A DNA stretch of 64,000 nucleotides from Ilumatobacteraceae bacterium. GTDB lineage: Bacteria; Actinomycetota; Acidimicrobiia; Acidimicrobiales; Ilumatobacteraceae. The stretch's first letter is position 1. Each line of letters starts with the position of its first letter. Made by a program: the position numbers and the translations under genes. This document shows, one piece after another, positions 45,557 to 54,213 of this stretch. A model generated the notes under the pieces. It saw nothing but the letters and a program-made list of their open reading frames with translations, was not told where the DNA came from and searched no databases. The stretch is taken from NCBI GenBank assembly GCA_942492715.1, contig CALOFW010000024.1:587-64586 (forward strand). Reading direction: 5' to 3'.

Positions 45557-46489
45557 TCAGCGGTAGAGATCGCCACTCAGGTACTTGAGGCCGCTGTCGG
45601 GTTGCACCGTGACCACGGTGTGTCCCGGACCGAGGTCGCGAGCGAGGCGGATCGCACCGAGGATGCTCGCACCGCCGCTCGGGCCGGTCCACACACCCTC
45701 GACACGCGCCAGCTGTCGCGCCGACTCGAAGGCGTCCTCGGTCGACACCGTCTCGATCCGGTCGTAGGAGTCGTCGGTGATCAGCGGCGGGACGAACCCG
45801 ACGCCGCCACCCTCGATGCGGTGCGTCCCCGCCGGGTGGCCGGAGATGACGGCCGACTCCTCCGGCTCGACCACCGTGCGCACGACGTCGGGCCAGCGCT
45901 CGCGGATCGGACGCGACGTTCCGGTGAACGCCCCACCGACCCCCACGTAGAGCGACAGCCCGTGGATCGCGCCGTCGATCTGTTCGACCAGCTCGCGGCC
46001 GATGCCGAGATACCCGTCGAGCAGGTCGAGGTTGTTGAACTGATCGGTCGGATGCGCACCCTCGGCCTCGACGATCTCGTCGACGCGGGCGATCAACTGC
46101 TGGATCAGCTCGGGGTGGATGCCGTCGTCGCTGTGGATCAGCTCGACGTCGGCGCCGAGAGCGCGCATCGTGGCGATCTTCTCCTCGGCGAACGCATCCG
46201 ACGACACGATCTTCAGCGGGTAGCCCTTGATGCTGCACACGAGGGCCAGCGAGCTGCCGGTCGAGCCGCCGGTGTACTCCACCACCGTCTGCCCCGGTTG
46301 CAGCGCGCCGCTGCGCTCGGCACCCTCGATCATCGCCAGCGCCATGCGGTCCTTGTACGAGCCGGTCGGGTTGGCCGCCTCCAACTTGACCCACACGTCG
46401 GCGCTCTCGGGTCCGGGCAACGTCGACAGGCGGACGACCGGCGTGTTGCCGATCGCTGCCAGTGCACCCGGCCGTTCGAGCTGTGCCAT
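45557..46489 (-). CDS. cysteine synthase (O-acetylserine sulfhydrylase) family, PLP-dependent
   Basis: IGNTPVVRL..KLEAANPTGSYKDRMALAMI..EYTGGSTGSSLA..GVGGAFTG. Confidence 0.85.
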   Translation of the reverse strand: MAQLERPGALAAIGNTPVVRLSTLPGPESADVWVKLEAANPTGSYKDRMALAMIEGAERSGALQPGQTVVEYTGGSTGSSLALVCSIKGYPLKIVSSDAFAEEKIATMRALGADVELIHSDDGIHPELIQQLIARVDEIVEAEGAHPTDQFNNLDLLDGYLGIGRELVEQIDGAIHGLSLYVGVGGAFTGTSRPIRERWPDVVRTVVEPEESAVISGHPAGTHRIEGGGVGFVPPLITDDSYDRIETVSTEDAFESARQLARVEGVWTGPSGGASILGAIRLARDLGPGHTVVTVQPDSGLKYLSGDLYR

Positions 46490-46535
46490 CTCGCGAGTCT
46501 CGCACGGCCGACGATCGCCATCGTACGGCGGTGGC

Positions 46536-47306
46536 TCAGGGTGATGCGTCGCGGCCGGGCGCTGCGGTGCGGGAGGCGTCGTGTCCCTCCAGGATTCGCT
46601 GTTCCAGCAGTGTCAGTTCGTCGCTCGGCTGGACACCGACCTCGGCGAGGATCCCGCGGAGGCGGGCGCACGCCCGGAGCGCCTCCACCCGTCGGTAGCC
46701 GGCGTCGAGCGCCTCGATGAGCAGGAACCACAGATGCTCGCGGTACGGGTTCTCCTCCACCGCCGCCTCGAGTTCGCCGACGATCAGCTCGTGATTCCCG
46801 AGTGCGAGATCGGCCTCCAGGCAGATCTCCATCGCGGCGAGCCGCATCTCGTCGAGCCGGTAGCTGTCCAGCCTGAACGCTTCGTCGTCGGCCAGGTCGC
46901 CGAACGGCCGCCCGCGCCAGAGGGCGAGGGCCCTGCGCCCGCGGTCGCGGCGCTCGACGTCATCCTTCGATGCAGCCGCCTCCGCCAGCAGCGTCTCGAA
47001 CTCGACGGCGTCGATGTTCGCCGGCGCGATCGTCAGTTCGTACGAGCCGTCGACGCGCACGATCGCTCCCGGGCCCAGCACGTGGCGGAGATGGGACACG
47101 ATCGACTGCAACGTGTTGTCTGCCGACTCGGGTGGGTCCCGAGCCCAGATCACCTCGCGAAGGTGATCGATGCGAACGGCGTGGCCCACTCCGACGACGA
47201 GTGCTCCGAGGAGTGCCCGCGCATGTCGACCACCGACCGCGATGCTTCCCGAAGGCGCGAGCACATCGATCGGGCCGAGTATGCGGATCCGGCGGTCGTC
47301 CGACAT
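46536..47306 (-). CDS. SARP-family (AfsR/DnrI/RedD) transcriptional activator with BTAD domain
   Basis: IRILGPIDVLAPSG..HARALLGALVV..NTLQSIVSHLRHVLG. BTAD tail: LWFLLIEALDAGYRRVEALRACARLRGILAEVGVQPSDEL. Confidence 0.75.
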   Translation of the reverse strand: MSDDRRIRILGPIDVLAPSGSIAVGGRHARALLGALVVGVGHAVRIDHLREVIWARDPPESADNTLQSIVSHLRHVLGPGAIVRVDGSYELTIAPANIDAVEFETLLAEAAASKDDVERRDRGRRALALWRGRPFGDLADDEAFRLDSYRLDEMRLAAMEICLEADLALGNHELIVGELEAAVEENPYREHLWFLLIEALDAGYRRVEALRACARLRGILAEVGVQPSDELTLLEQRILEGHDASRTAAPGRDASP

Positions 47307-47500
47307 GGCATCCCATCTCCTTGCGCTTTCCAGTGTCCTACATGTGCACTGCATGTCCAGTGGCAGAAGTCCCACAGCGCCAGAACCGCCGACGTTCAGC
47401 ATCGCGCAGTGACCCGGGGGGACAATGAAATCGAAGAAAGAGGAGATCCGGAGACACGGATCCCCAGGAAAGGAGAACTCAGGAAAGAAGGGAGAGAGCG

Positions 47501-48175
47501 ATGATGAAGCTGTTCGAACACCCGACAACACACGAGACCAAGGAGCTTCCGAAGCTGCCCCCCGGTGTCGTCGTTCCCGATGACATCAGCGGCTTGGAGA
47601 CTTCCGAGTCCGAACAACCGGGTCGTCCTGGAAGCCAGGTCCGCTGGCTGCGGTGGATGGTCGTGGTCGTGCTGCTGGCGGTCGGTGCCCTCGTGATCGG
47701 CACCCTGGTCCGCGATGACAGCACTACGACGGTCGAAACCCCCAACGCCCAACAGCTGATCCAGGAATCGATCGACCAAGCACTGCTGGACAACCAGACC
47801 GCAACGGTCGAAACCCCCAACGCCCAACAGCTGATCCAAGAATCGATCGACCAAGCACTGCTGGACAACCAGACCGCAACGGTCGAAACCCCCAACGCCC
47901 AACAGCTGATCCAAGAATCGATCGACCAAGCACTGCTGGACAACCAGACCGCAACGGTCGAAACCCCCAACGCCCAACAGCTGATCCAAGAATCGATCGA
48001 CCAAGCACTGCTGGACAACCAGACCGCAACGGTCGAAACCCCCAACGCCCAACAGCTGATCCAAGAATCGATCGACCAAGCACTGCTGGACAACCAGACC
48101 GCAACGGTCGAAACCCCCAACGCCCAACAGCTGATCCAAGAATCGATCGACCAAGCACTGCTGGACAACAAGTGA
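47501..48175 (+). CDS. single-pass membrane protein with 25-aa tandem repeats
   Basis: Purine-rich leader with GGGAGAGAG before ATGATG. TM WLRWMVVVVLLAVGALVIGTLV. Then TVETPNAQQLIQESIDQALLDNQTA x5 plus a truncated sixth copy. Confidence 0.7.
   Translation: MMKLFEHPTTHETKELPKLPPGVVVPDDISGLETSESEQPGRPGSQVRWLRWMVVVVLLAVGALVIGTLVRDDSTTTVETPNAQQLIQESIDQALLDNQTATVETPNAQQLIQESIDQALLDNQTATVETPNAQQLIQESIDQALLDNQTATVETPNAQQLIQESIDQALLDNQTATVETPNAQQLIQESIDQALLDNQTATVETPNAQQLIQESIDQALLDNK
47729..48172. repeat. 75-bp tandem repeat, about 5.9 copies, near-perfect
   Basis: Units start at 47729, 47804, 47879, 47954, 48029 and 48104. Units 2-5 read as identical. Unit 1 differs by one synonymous G/A at 47764. 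The last unit is truncated (AAC AAG TGA). Confidence 0.95.
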
Positions 48176-48317
48176 CGCCAGCGGAGCCGAACCGTTCGGC
48201 CCGACGAGAACAGGAGGTGATCGGCCTTGACACCGAGATCATCCGATCAGAAGGAAGTGCGGCACCCGAGCCGCTCGGGTGCCGCATCGCCGCGTCTGGC
48301 GACGACCTCGGTCGGAG

Positions 48318-49163
48318 TCAGCCGGCCGGCTCGACGCGCCACACGTCGCCATGCGACTTGACGTGCCCGGCGCACGGCTCCCAGTGAGTGCCGAACACCA
48401 GCTCGTCGGTGTCGGCGCGCCCGGCGAAGAACCCCCGGCGGGTCGCTTCGGCTCCGGCGGGGTCGACGTCGAACGAACTCCCCCACTCCGGATGCGTCGC
48501 CTGGCACACCATGTGCGACAGATCGCCGGTGATCACCGCCCGCTCGCCGCCGCTCTCGATCAGCACGCTCACGTGGCCGGGCGTGTGACCCGGTGTCGGC
48601 GCCAGCGACACGTGCGAGGTGAGCCGGGCATCGGTGGCCACCAGGTCGACCAGCCCCGCGTCGATCACCGGCTGGATCGAGTCGGCGCGCAGCACCTGAT
48701 CCATCCCCGAGTCGTCGCGCTGCCAGTGCTCCCACTCGACGTCGGCGAAGAGATAGCGGGCGTTGGGGAACGTCGGCACCCACTCGCCGTCGACGAGGCG
48801 GGTGTTCCACCCGACGTGGTCGACATGGAGGTGCGTGCACAACACCGTGTCGATCGACTCGGGTGGGAACCCGGCGGCGGCCAGGTCGTCGAGGAACGGA
48901 CCCGACCGCATGCTCCACGACTCGACCGGCCGCTCCTTGTCGTTGCCGAGACACGTGTCGACCAGGATGCGTCGCCCGTCGCTCTCCACCACCAGCGCCC
49001 GGATCGTCATGTGCACCTTGCCGTCGGGCGTTGCGTAGTGGGGCACCATCCACTCGATCTCACGGATCCGATCGGCCGTTGCTTCGGGCAGCAGCCAGTG
49101 CGCAGCCGACGTCGTGGTCAACTCCGCGATCTCGGTGACCCGTACCTCTCCGATCGTCCACAT
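48318..49163 (-). CDS. MBL-fold metallo-hydrolase (lactonase-like)
   Basis: MWTIGEVRVTEIAEL..VLCTHLHVDHVGWN (HxHxDH)..TPGHTPGHVSVLIE. Confidence 0.8.
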   Translation of the reverse strand: MWTIGEVRVTEIAELTTTSAAHWLLPEATADRIREIEWMVPHYATPDGKVHMTIRALVVESDGRRILVDTCLGNDKERPVESWSMRSGPFLDDLAAAGFPPESIDTVLCTHLHVDHVGWNTRLVDGEWVPTFPNARYLFADVEWEHWQRDDSGMDQVLRADSIQPVIDAGLVDLVATDARLTSHVSLAPTPGHTPGHVSVLIESGGERAVITGDLSHMVCQATHPEWGSSFDVDPAGAEATRRGFFAGRADTDELVFGTHWEPCAGHVKSHGDVWRVEPAG

Positions 49164-49194
49164 GGACGCGAGCTTGCCAGGTGAGCCCCAGACC

Positions 49195-49244
49195 GTTTGC
49201 GTTGCACTTCGGGTGACCCGTCCCTCCCGAAGTTGCACACGAAC
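49195..49244 (+). repeat. 50-nt palindromic intergenic element, copy B (most diverged)
   Basis: GTTTGCGTTGCACTTCGGGTGACCCGTCCCTCCCGAAGTTGCACACGAAC. Lies 25 nt below stop 49269 and 32 nt above start 49163 of minus-strand genes. Confidence 0.55.
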
Positions 49245-49268
49245 GTCGAAGTCGGGTGCAGGCGACGA

Positions 49269-50240
49269 TCAGTCGGATGTCGCTGGTCGCACCCCCGCAT
49301 CCCGGCGGCGAGCGGCGATGTCGGGATCGACACCCGCCCGGCGCCAGGCATCGGCATCGACGGGCGAGAAGCCGGTGGCCGACCAGTCGGCCGCCTCACG
49401 TGGGCGAACACCGAGTTCGAGCCACTGCGCCGCATCGTGTGGGCGAACGCCCGAGGCGACCCACTTGGCGAGCTTGCGGTCGGGAACCGATGTGGCCGCC
49501 CACTCGTCGGCCGACTCCTCGGTCGCGCCGGCATCGAGAGCGACGCGGCGGCGAACCACGTGCGCGGTCCAGCCACCCTCCGGCCGCTGCTCGCGGGCGG
49601 TCTCGACGTCGAAGCCCACCGACTCCAACAGCCGGGCGACGTCGGGATCGTCGACCACGTCGATCCACGCCGATGCGCTCGTCGCCGAGAATCCGGCCGA
49701 CGACCACTGCGCGGCCGTCGACGCGGACACTCCGGTGTCGATCCACGCGAGCGCCTTCTTCATCTTGAGGCCGGCCGCGGCGGCGTAGGCGATCTCGTCC
49801 GCGGTGCGTCCTGCGCGCAGGTGGGCCAGCGCCTTGGCCGGCCCGACGTCGCCCGACGCCACGTCGGCGAGCTGCTCGACCTCGGTGACGTCGGCATCGG
49901 TCGATGCCCACGGGGCGAACTGCGCGCCCGAGGTGAAGCCCCGGTCGATCGCCTCGAGGATCCGCTCCGCCGTGAAGCCCTCCCAGGTCTCGATGAAGGT
50001 CGGGTCGGTGGGCAGTCCGCGCGCTTCGAGGGACGCGGCGAACGCGAGGTCCGGAGCCTGGCGGCCCGCCCGGCGGAACTCGGTGATCTCCTCGGTCGTG
50101 AGCGACGAGTCGTACCAGCGAGCAGCGTGGGGCGGCGGCAGGGTGCCGTCACGGAACATGATCGTCACGACGGCGTCGGGCAGCCCCGACGCGATCCAAC
50201 GTTCCCGGTCGTGGCGATCGGCGTGGGTCATGCCGACCAT
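49269..50240 (-). CDS. repeat protein built from a 13-residue xxAxxWxxxGxxP unit; function unknown
   Basis: C-terminal run: RKLAKWVASGVRP HDAAQWLELGVRP REAADWSATGFSP VDADAWRRAGVDP DIAARRRDAGVRP. Degenerate copies run throughout (KKALAWIDTGVSA, STAAQWSSAGFSA, DRERWIASGLPDA). Confidence 0.6.
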   Translation of the reverse strand: MVGMTHADRHDRERWIASGLPDAVVTIMFRDGTLPPPHAARWYDSSLTTEEITEFRRAGRQAPDLAFAASLEARGLPTDPTFIETWEGFTAERILEAIDRGFTSGAQFAPWASTDADVTEVEQLADVASGDVGPAKALAHLRAGRTADEIAYAAAAGLKMKKALAWIDTGVSASTAAQWSSAGFSATSASAWIDVVDDPDVARLLESVGFDVETAREQRPEGGWTAHVVRRRVALDAGATEESADEWAATSVPDRKLAKWVASGVRPHDAAQWLELGVRPREAADWSATGFSPVDADAWRRAGVDPDIAARRRDAGVRPATSD

Positions 50241-50390
50241 GTTCCCCGCTCGACGGGCCCGCCCGCAATCCCGATGGTGACCGCGCCCGCCGGGAGCGTT
50301 CCAGTCTCAGCGGATCTGGTCGCGACACCCGCGACCGATTCCGCCGAGAGATGTCAGCGTCGGTGATGGTGGCCGTCGGCGGCGGGAGCG

Positions 50391-51167
50391 TCAGCGGAGG
50401 TGGCGTCCGCAGTGCGGCCAGGGGCGGGCGCCGCGTTCGCTGAAGAGGGCCTGGGCCATGGCGTCCTGATCGGCGGGCGTCGCGGCGGCGGGATCGGCCC
50501 CGACGAGGCGAGGGGCGTGGCGCTCGGCGACCGAGTTCCAGGTCGACCGATCGAACTGGTACGCCCCGCGGTACTTCCCGGACGGGTTGGTGATCGAGTA
50601 GTCGCCACCGGCTTCACACTGACGGAGGGCCGCCCACTGCTCGGCCGACGGACCGGGCGGGAGGGGCGCAACGGGCAGCAGGTCGGTCGGCAGCCCTGCG
50701 AACTCGAGGGCGCTCCGGTGCGCCGAGAGCGTTGCGGCCGAGTACCAGCCGTCGACGTCGATCCCGAGCACGGCCTGCAACACCTCGACACGCGGGCCGC
50801 GTTCGTCCCACGTGTACGTCTCGGTCATCACGCGGGTGGCGAGCTCGAACGGCGACTCCGGCCGGTTCGCGAGCTCGCGTTCGGCTTCGACCGGTGTCTC
50901 GGCCCGTGTCTTGACGCCCAGGTCCGGGACCGACGAGATCCTCGGGGCGACACGCGGCTGCGCCGGGTTGCCCGGGGGCCGAGCCTCGGGCGACGCGCTC
51001 GGCGAGTCGATCGCGCTGGCCGCCGGGACGGGGTCGTCACCGAGGGCACGGGCAACCAGTGGGGCACCGCCGATCACGATCGCCGCGGCGAGCGCAGCGG
51101 CCGACCGCCGGATGGCGAGTCGGTGTCGGTGGATGGCAGAGCCGTGGTGGGGGGAAGAGGGGATCAT
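50391..51167 (-). CDS. resuscitation-promoting-factor (Rpf)-like transglycosylase domain protein
   Basis: AAGGAG RBS. N-terminal anchor AALAAAIVIGGAPLVARA. C-terminal WAALRQCEAGGDYSITNPSGKYRGAYQFDRSTWNSV. Confidence 0.75.
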   Translation of the reverse strand: MIPSSPHHGSAIHRHRLAIRRSAAALAAAIVIGGAPLVARALGDDPVPAASAIDSPSASPEARPPGNPAQPRVAPRISSVPDLGVKTRAETPVEAERELANRPESPFELATRVMTETYTWDERGPRVEVLQAVLGIDVDGWYSAATLSAHRSALEFAGLPTDLLPVAPLPPGPSAEQWAALRQCEAGGDYSITNPSGKYRGAYQFDRSTWNSVAERHAPRLVGADPAAATPADQDAMAQALFSERGARPWPHCGRHLR

Positions 51168-51395
51168 GACGCTCCTTGGGAGGTGCACCGGCGCATCGAC
51201 ACACGCGGGTTTCCGCGGTGGACACAAGTGCTGGTCGACTGCAAATGTTACGGACGCGTGACGAAAAGGGGTCAGCGGGCCGAGGAGTCATCGGTCACAC
51301 CCGCACCGCCACGCTCGGTCCGAACGTCGGGACATTGGTCCGTTGCGGCCGATGACCGCCGAGGTGAAGACTGGCCGAGCACGAAAGGGGTCCCC

Positions 51396-53459
51396 ATGCG
51401 GTCGACCGAACAGATCAGGAACGTGGTACTCGTCGGCCACAACTCGAGCGGCAAGACGAGCCTCGCGGAGGCGCTGCTCTTCCGAGCCGACGTGATCGCC
51501 CGACCGGGCGCGATCGAGAAGGGGTCCACCGTGATGGACCACGACCCCGAAGAACGCGCCCGTCAGCAGTCGATCTCGCTGTCGGTGGCGTCGTTCGACT
51601 GGAACGACCATCGCATCAACCTCATCGACACCCCCGGCTACGCCGATTTCCGCGGCGAAGCCCTGCTCGGCCTCGCCGCCGCCGACCTCGCCGTGTTCGT
51701 GATCGACGGCGTGGCGGGTGTGCAGTCGCAGGACGTGGTGCTGTGGCGACACGCCGCCGACATGGGCACCCCGCGAATCGTGTTCGTCAACAAGCTCGAC
51801 CGCGAACGCTCGTCGTTCGACCGCACCCTCGCCCAGGTGCGCGAGGTGTTCGGCTCGCACGCCGACCCGACCGAGCTGCCGATCGGCGAGGAGTCGAGCT
51901 TCCACGGCGTCACCGACGTGCTCACCCATCACGCCTTCGTCTACGACTCGGGCCGCGCCGAGCCGGCCGATGTCCCCGCCGACCTCGCCGAGGTCGAACG
52001 CGCCGAACACGAACACCTCGTGGAGGACGTGATCGAGCTCGACGACGACCTCCTCGAGCAGTACCTCTCCGGCGACGAACCCTCCGCCGAGCAGCTCGAA
52101 CATCTGCTGCACGATGCCGTCGACCGCGCCCTCGCGTTCCCCGTGCTGTGCGGATCGGCGACCGCACCGATCGGCGCCGACCAGCTCGCTGACTTCATCT
52201 GCCGCGTCGGCCCCGCTCCCGGCGACGCCGGCCCCGCAGTGGTCGAGGCCGCGGGCGACACGATCGAGATCGCGCCCGACCCCGACGGCCAGCCGCTCGT
52301 GCTCGTGTTCAAGACCACGATCGACGAGTTCCTCGGCCAGATCTCGTTCCTCAAGGTGCTCTCCGGCACGATCCGCTCCGACGACGTCCTCGTCAACCCA
52401 CGGTCCGGCGCGAAGGAGCGGCTGCACAACCTGATCTCGATGACCGGTGGCTCCCAGACCCACGTCGACACGATCGGTGCCGGCGACATCGTCGCGGTCA
52501 CCAAGCTCGCCGACACCCGCACCGGCGACACGCTCGCCCCCGAGGGCACGCCGGTGACCGCCATGCTCCCGAGGTTGCCGCGGCCGGTGTACGGCGTTGC
52601 GATCGCCGCCGCCAAGCAGTCCGACGAGGACCGGCTCGCCACCACGCTGCACCGGCTCGTGATCGAGGACCCGACGCTCGCGGTCCACCACGAGGACTCG
52701 ACCGGCCAGACCGTGCTCAGCGGGGGCGGCGAGACGCACGTCCGCGTGGCCCTGTCACGCATCGAGCGTGCCGGGGTCGAACTCGACGTCGACGACGTCC
52801 GCGTCGCCTACCGCGCCACCCTCGCCGCACCGGTCGAGGTGGAGGGCAAGTACAAGAAGCAGAGCGGCGGCCACGGGCAGTTCGGTGTGGCCACGGTTCG
52901 TTTCGAACCGCTCCCCTCCGGTGCAGGTTTCGAGTTCGTCAGCGAGGTGACCGGCGGCGTGATCCCGAAGAACCTGGTGCCGGCGGTGGGCGCCGGCGTC
53001 GAAGAGGCGATGGCCCGAGGTGGACGCGACGGCTTCCCGATCGTCGACGTTCGAGCGGTGTGCACCGGCGGCAAGTACCACTCGGTCGACTCGTCGGAGA
53101 TGAGCTTCAAGATGGCCGGCTCACTGGCGCTGCGCGAAGCGGTCGACCAGGTCGGCGTCGACGTGCTCGAACCGGTGAGCGAGATGATCGTCAAGGTGCC
53201 GGCCGTCCATCACGGCGACGTGCTCGGCGACCTCAACTCACGGCGCGCCCAGGTGCTCGGCACCGACACCGACGAATCCGGTGTGACCACCGTGCACGCG
53301 CTCGTCCCCACGGCGGAGATCCTGCGCTACGCGATCGACCTGCGCTCGCTCAGCGGCGGCAGCGGCTCGTTCGGCATCGATCACCACGGCTATCAGCCGC
53401 TCCCCGCCAACCTCGTCGACAAGGTCCGCCGAGCCGCCGTCGACGCCGCCGACACCTGA
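51396..53459 (+). CDS. elongation factor G paralogue (EF-G2-like GTPase)
   Basis: G1 VGHNSSGKTSL. G3 DTPGYADF. G4 NKLD. Domain IV/V segments KKQSGGHGQFG and EPVSEMIVKVP. Confidence 0.9.
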   Translation: MRSTEQIRNVVLVGHNSSGKTSLAEALLFRADVIARPGAIEKGSTVMDHDPEERARQQSISLSVASFDWNDHRINLIDTPGYADFRGEALLGLAAADLAVFVIDGVAGVQSQDVVLWRHAADMGTPRIVFVNKLDRERSSFDRTLAQVREVFGSHADPTELPIGEESSFHGVTDVLTHHAFVYDSGRAEPADVPADLAEVERAEHEHLVEDVIELDDDLLEQYLSGDEPSAEQLEHLLHDAVDRALAFPVLCGSATAPIGADQLADFICRVGPAPGDAGPAVVEAAGDTIEIAPDPDGQPLVLVFKTTIDEFLGQISFLKVLSGTIRSDDVLVNPRSGAKERLHNLISMTGGSQTHVDTIGAGDIVAVTKLADTRTGDTLAPEGTPVTAMLPRLPRPVYGVAIAAAKQSDEDRLATTLHRLVIEDPTLAVHHEDSTGQTVLSGGGETHVRVALSRIERAGVELDVDDVRVAYRATLAAPVEVEGKYKKQSGGHGQFGVATVRFEPLPSGAGFEFVSEVTGGVIPKNLVPAVGAGVEEAMARGGRDGFPIVDVRAVCTGGKYHSVDSSEMSFKMAGSLALREAVDQVGVDVLEPVSEMIVKVPAVHHGDVLGDLNSRRAQVLGTDTDESGVTTVHALVPTAEILRYAIDLRSLSGGSGSFGIDHHGYQPLPANLVDKVRRAAVDAADT

Positions 53460-53461
53460 CG

Positions 53462-53533
53462 GCCACCCACCACCCACCACGGCGCCACCCACCACCCGCC
53501 ACGGCGCCACCCACCACCCACCACCCGCCCCGG
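53462..53533. repeat. C-rich (CCACC-type) tandem repeat, about 3 units of 20-29 nt, directly after the EF-G2 stop
   Basis: GCCACCCACCACCCACCACG / GCGCCACCCACCACCCGCCACG / GCGCCACCCACCACCCACCACCCGCCCCG. Confidence 0.6.
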
Positions 53534-53534
53534 C

Positions 53535-53584
53535 GTTTGCGTCGAGATTCCGGTGACCCGCCCCACCCGAAACGCAACGCAAAC
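53535..53584 (+). repeat. 50-nt palindromic intergenic element, copy C
   Basis: GTTTGCGTCGAGATTCCGGTGACCCGCCCCACCCGAAACGCAACGCAAAC. Confidence 0.7.
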
Positions 53585-53605
53585 GGGAACCGCCCAACCC
53601 ACCAC

Positions 53606-53655
53606 GTTTGCGTCGAGGTTTCGGTGACCCGGCCCACCCGAAACGCTACGCAAAC
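53606..53655 (+). repeat. 50-nt palindromic intergenic element, copy D
   Basis: GTTTGCGTCGAGGTTTCGGTGACCCGGCCCACCCGAAACGCTACGCAAAC. Ends 22 nt from the acyP stop. Confidence 0.7.
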
Positions 53656-53676
53656 GGTGGGGGAAGGCGGGGCGGG

Positions 53677-53952
53677 TCAGTACTCGATGCGGAAGCTGCG
53701 TTCGGCGCGGAGCGGTTCGTCGGTGACGGCGATCCCCGTGACCTGTGCACGAGGAGGACCGTGCCGGCACCAGTCGAGGAACTGATCGATCACGTCGCGC
53801 CGGCCCTCGGCGACGACCTCGACGGTGCGATCCGATCGGTTGCGCACCCAGCCGCGCACGCCGAGTCGTTGCGCCTCGGCCCGGCAGCTGTCACGGAAGA
53901 ACACGCCCTGCACCCGACCCGACACGATCGCCCGGCACCGCACCTCGCTCAT
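53677..53952 (-). CDS. acyP: acylphosphatase
   Basis: MSEVRCRAIVSGRVQGVFFRDSCRAEAQRLGVRGWVRNRSDRTVEVVAEG. Motifs VxGxVQGVxFR and GWVRN. Confidence 0.85.
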   Translation of the reverse strand: MSEVRCRAIVSGRVQGVFFRDSCRAEAQRLGVRGWVRNRSDRTVEVVAEGRRDVIDQFLDWCRHGPPRAQVTGIAVTDEPLRAERSFRIEY

Positions 53953-54045
53953 CGTCACCCAGTCTCGCAGCCCCTGACCACCGTCGCCTCCACCCGCCCG
54001 CGCCGCACCGCACCGCACCGCACCGCCGCGGCCCGCATCCGACCG

Positions 54046-54095
54046 GTTTGCGCCGAGATTCGGGTGACCCGTCCCACCCAGAGTGCAACGCAAAC
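54046..54095 (+). repeat. 50-nt palindromic intergenic element, copy E
   Basis: GTTTGCGCCGAGATTCGGGTGACCCGTCCCACCCAGAGTGCAACGCAAAC, followed by GGAGAGGGGG. Confidence 0.7.
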
Positions 54096-54141
54096 GGAGA
54101 GGGGGACCTCGAACCGGTTTGGCCCGACCTCTCTGCGGAAC

Positions 54142-54191
54142 GTTTGTGTTGCAGTCTGGGTGACCCGTCCCACCCGAAGTGCAACGCAAAC
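54142..54191 (+). repeat. 50-nt palindromic intergenic element, copy F
   Basis: GTTTGTGTTGCAGTCTGGGTGACCCGTCCCACCCGAAGTGCAACGCAAAC, followed by GGAGAGGGGG. Lies 23 nt from the regulator stop at 54214. Confidence 0.7.
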
Positions 54192-54213
54192 GGAGAGGGG
54201 GCGCGAGAGTGGG

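Noticed and set aside
47729-48172. Regular 75-bp repeat array considered as a possible CRISPR array.
   Set aside because: The repeats are contiguous, with no unique spacers. They are in frame within a coding sequence (25-aa units after a TM helix), and no cas genes are nearby.
51168-51395. Possible c-di-AMP (ydaO-type) riboswitch upstream of the Rpf-like gene, as seen upstream of some actinobacterial rpf genes.
   Set aside because: Reading the minus-strand leader, I could not find the conserved ydaO sequence blocks or a convincing pseudo-symmetric fold. Only a -10-like TAACAT and an AAGGAG RBS are evident. A cmsearch with the Rfam model would be decisive.
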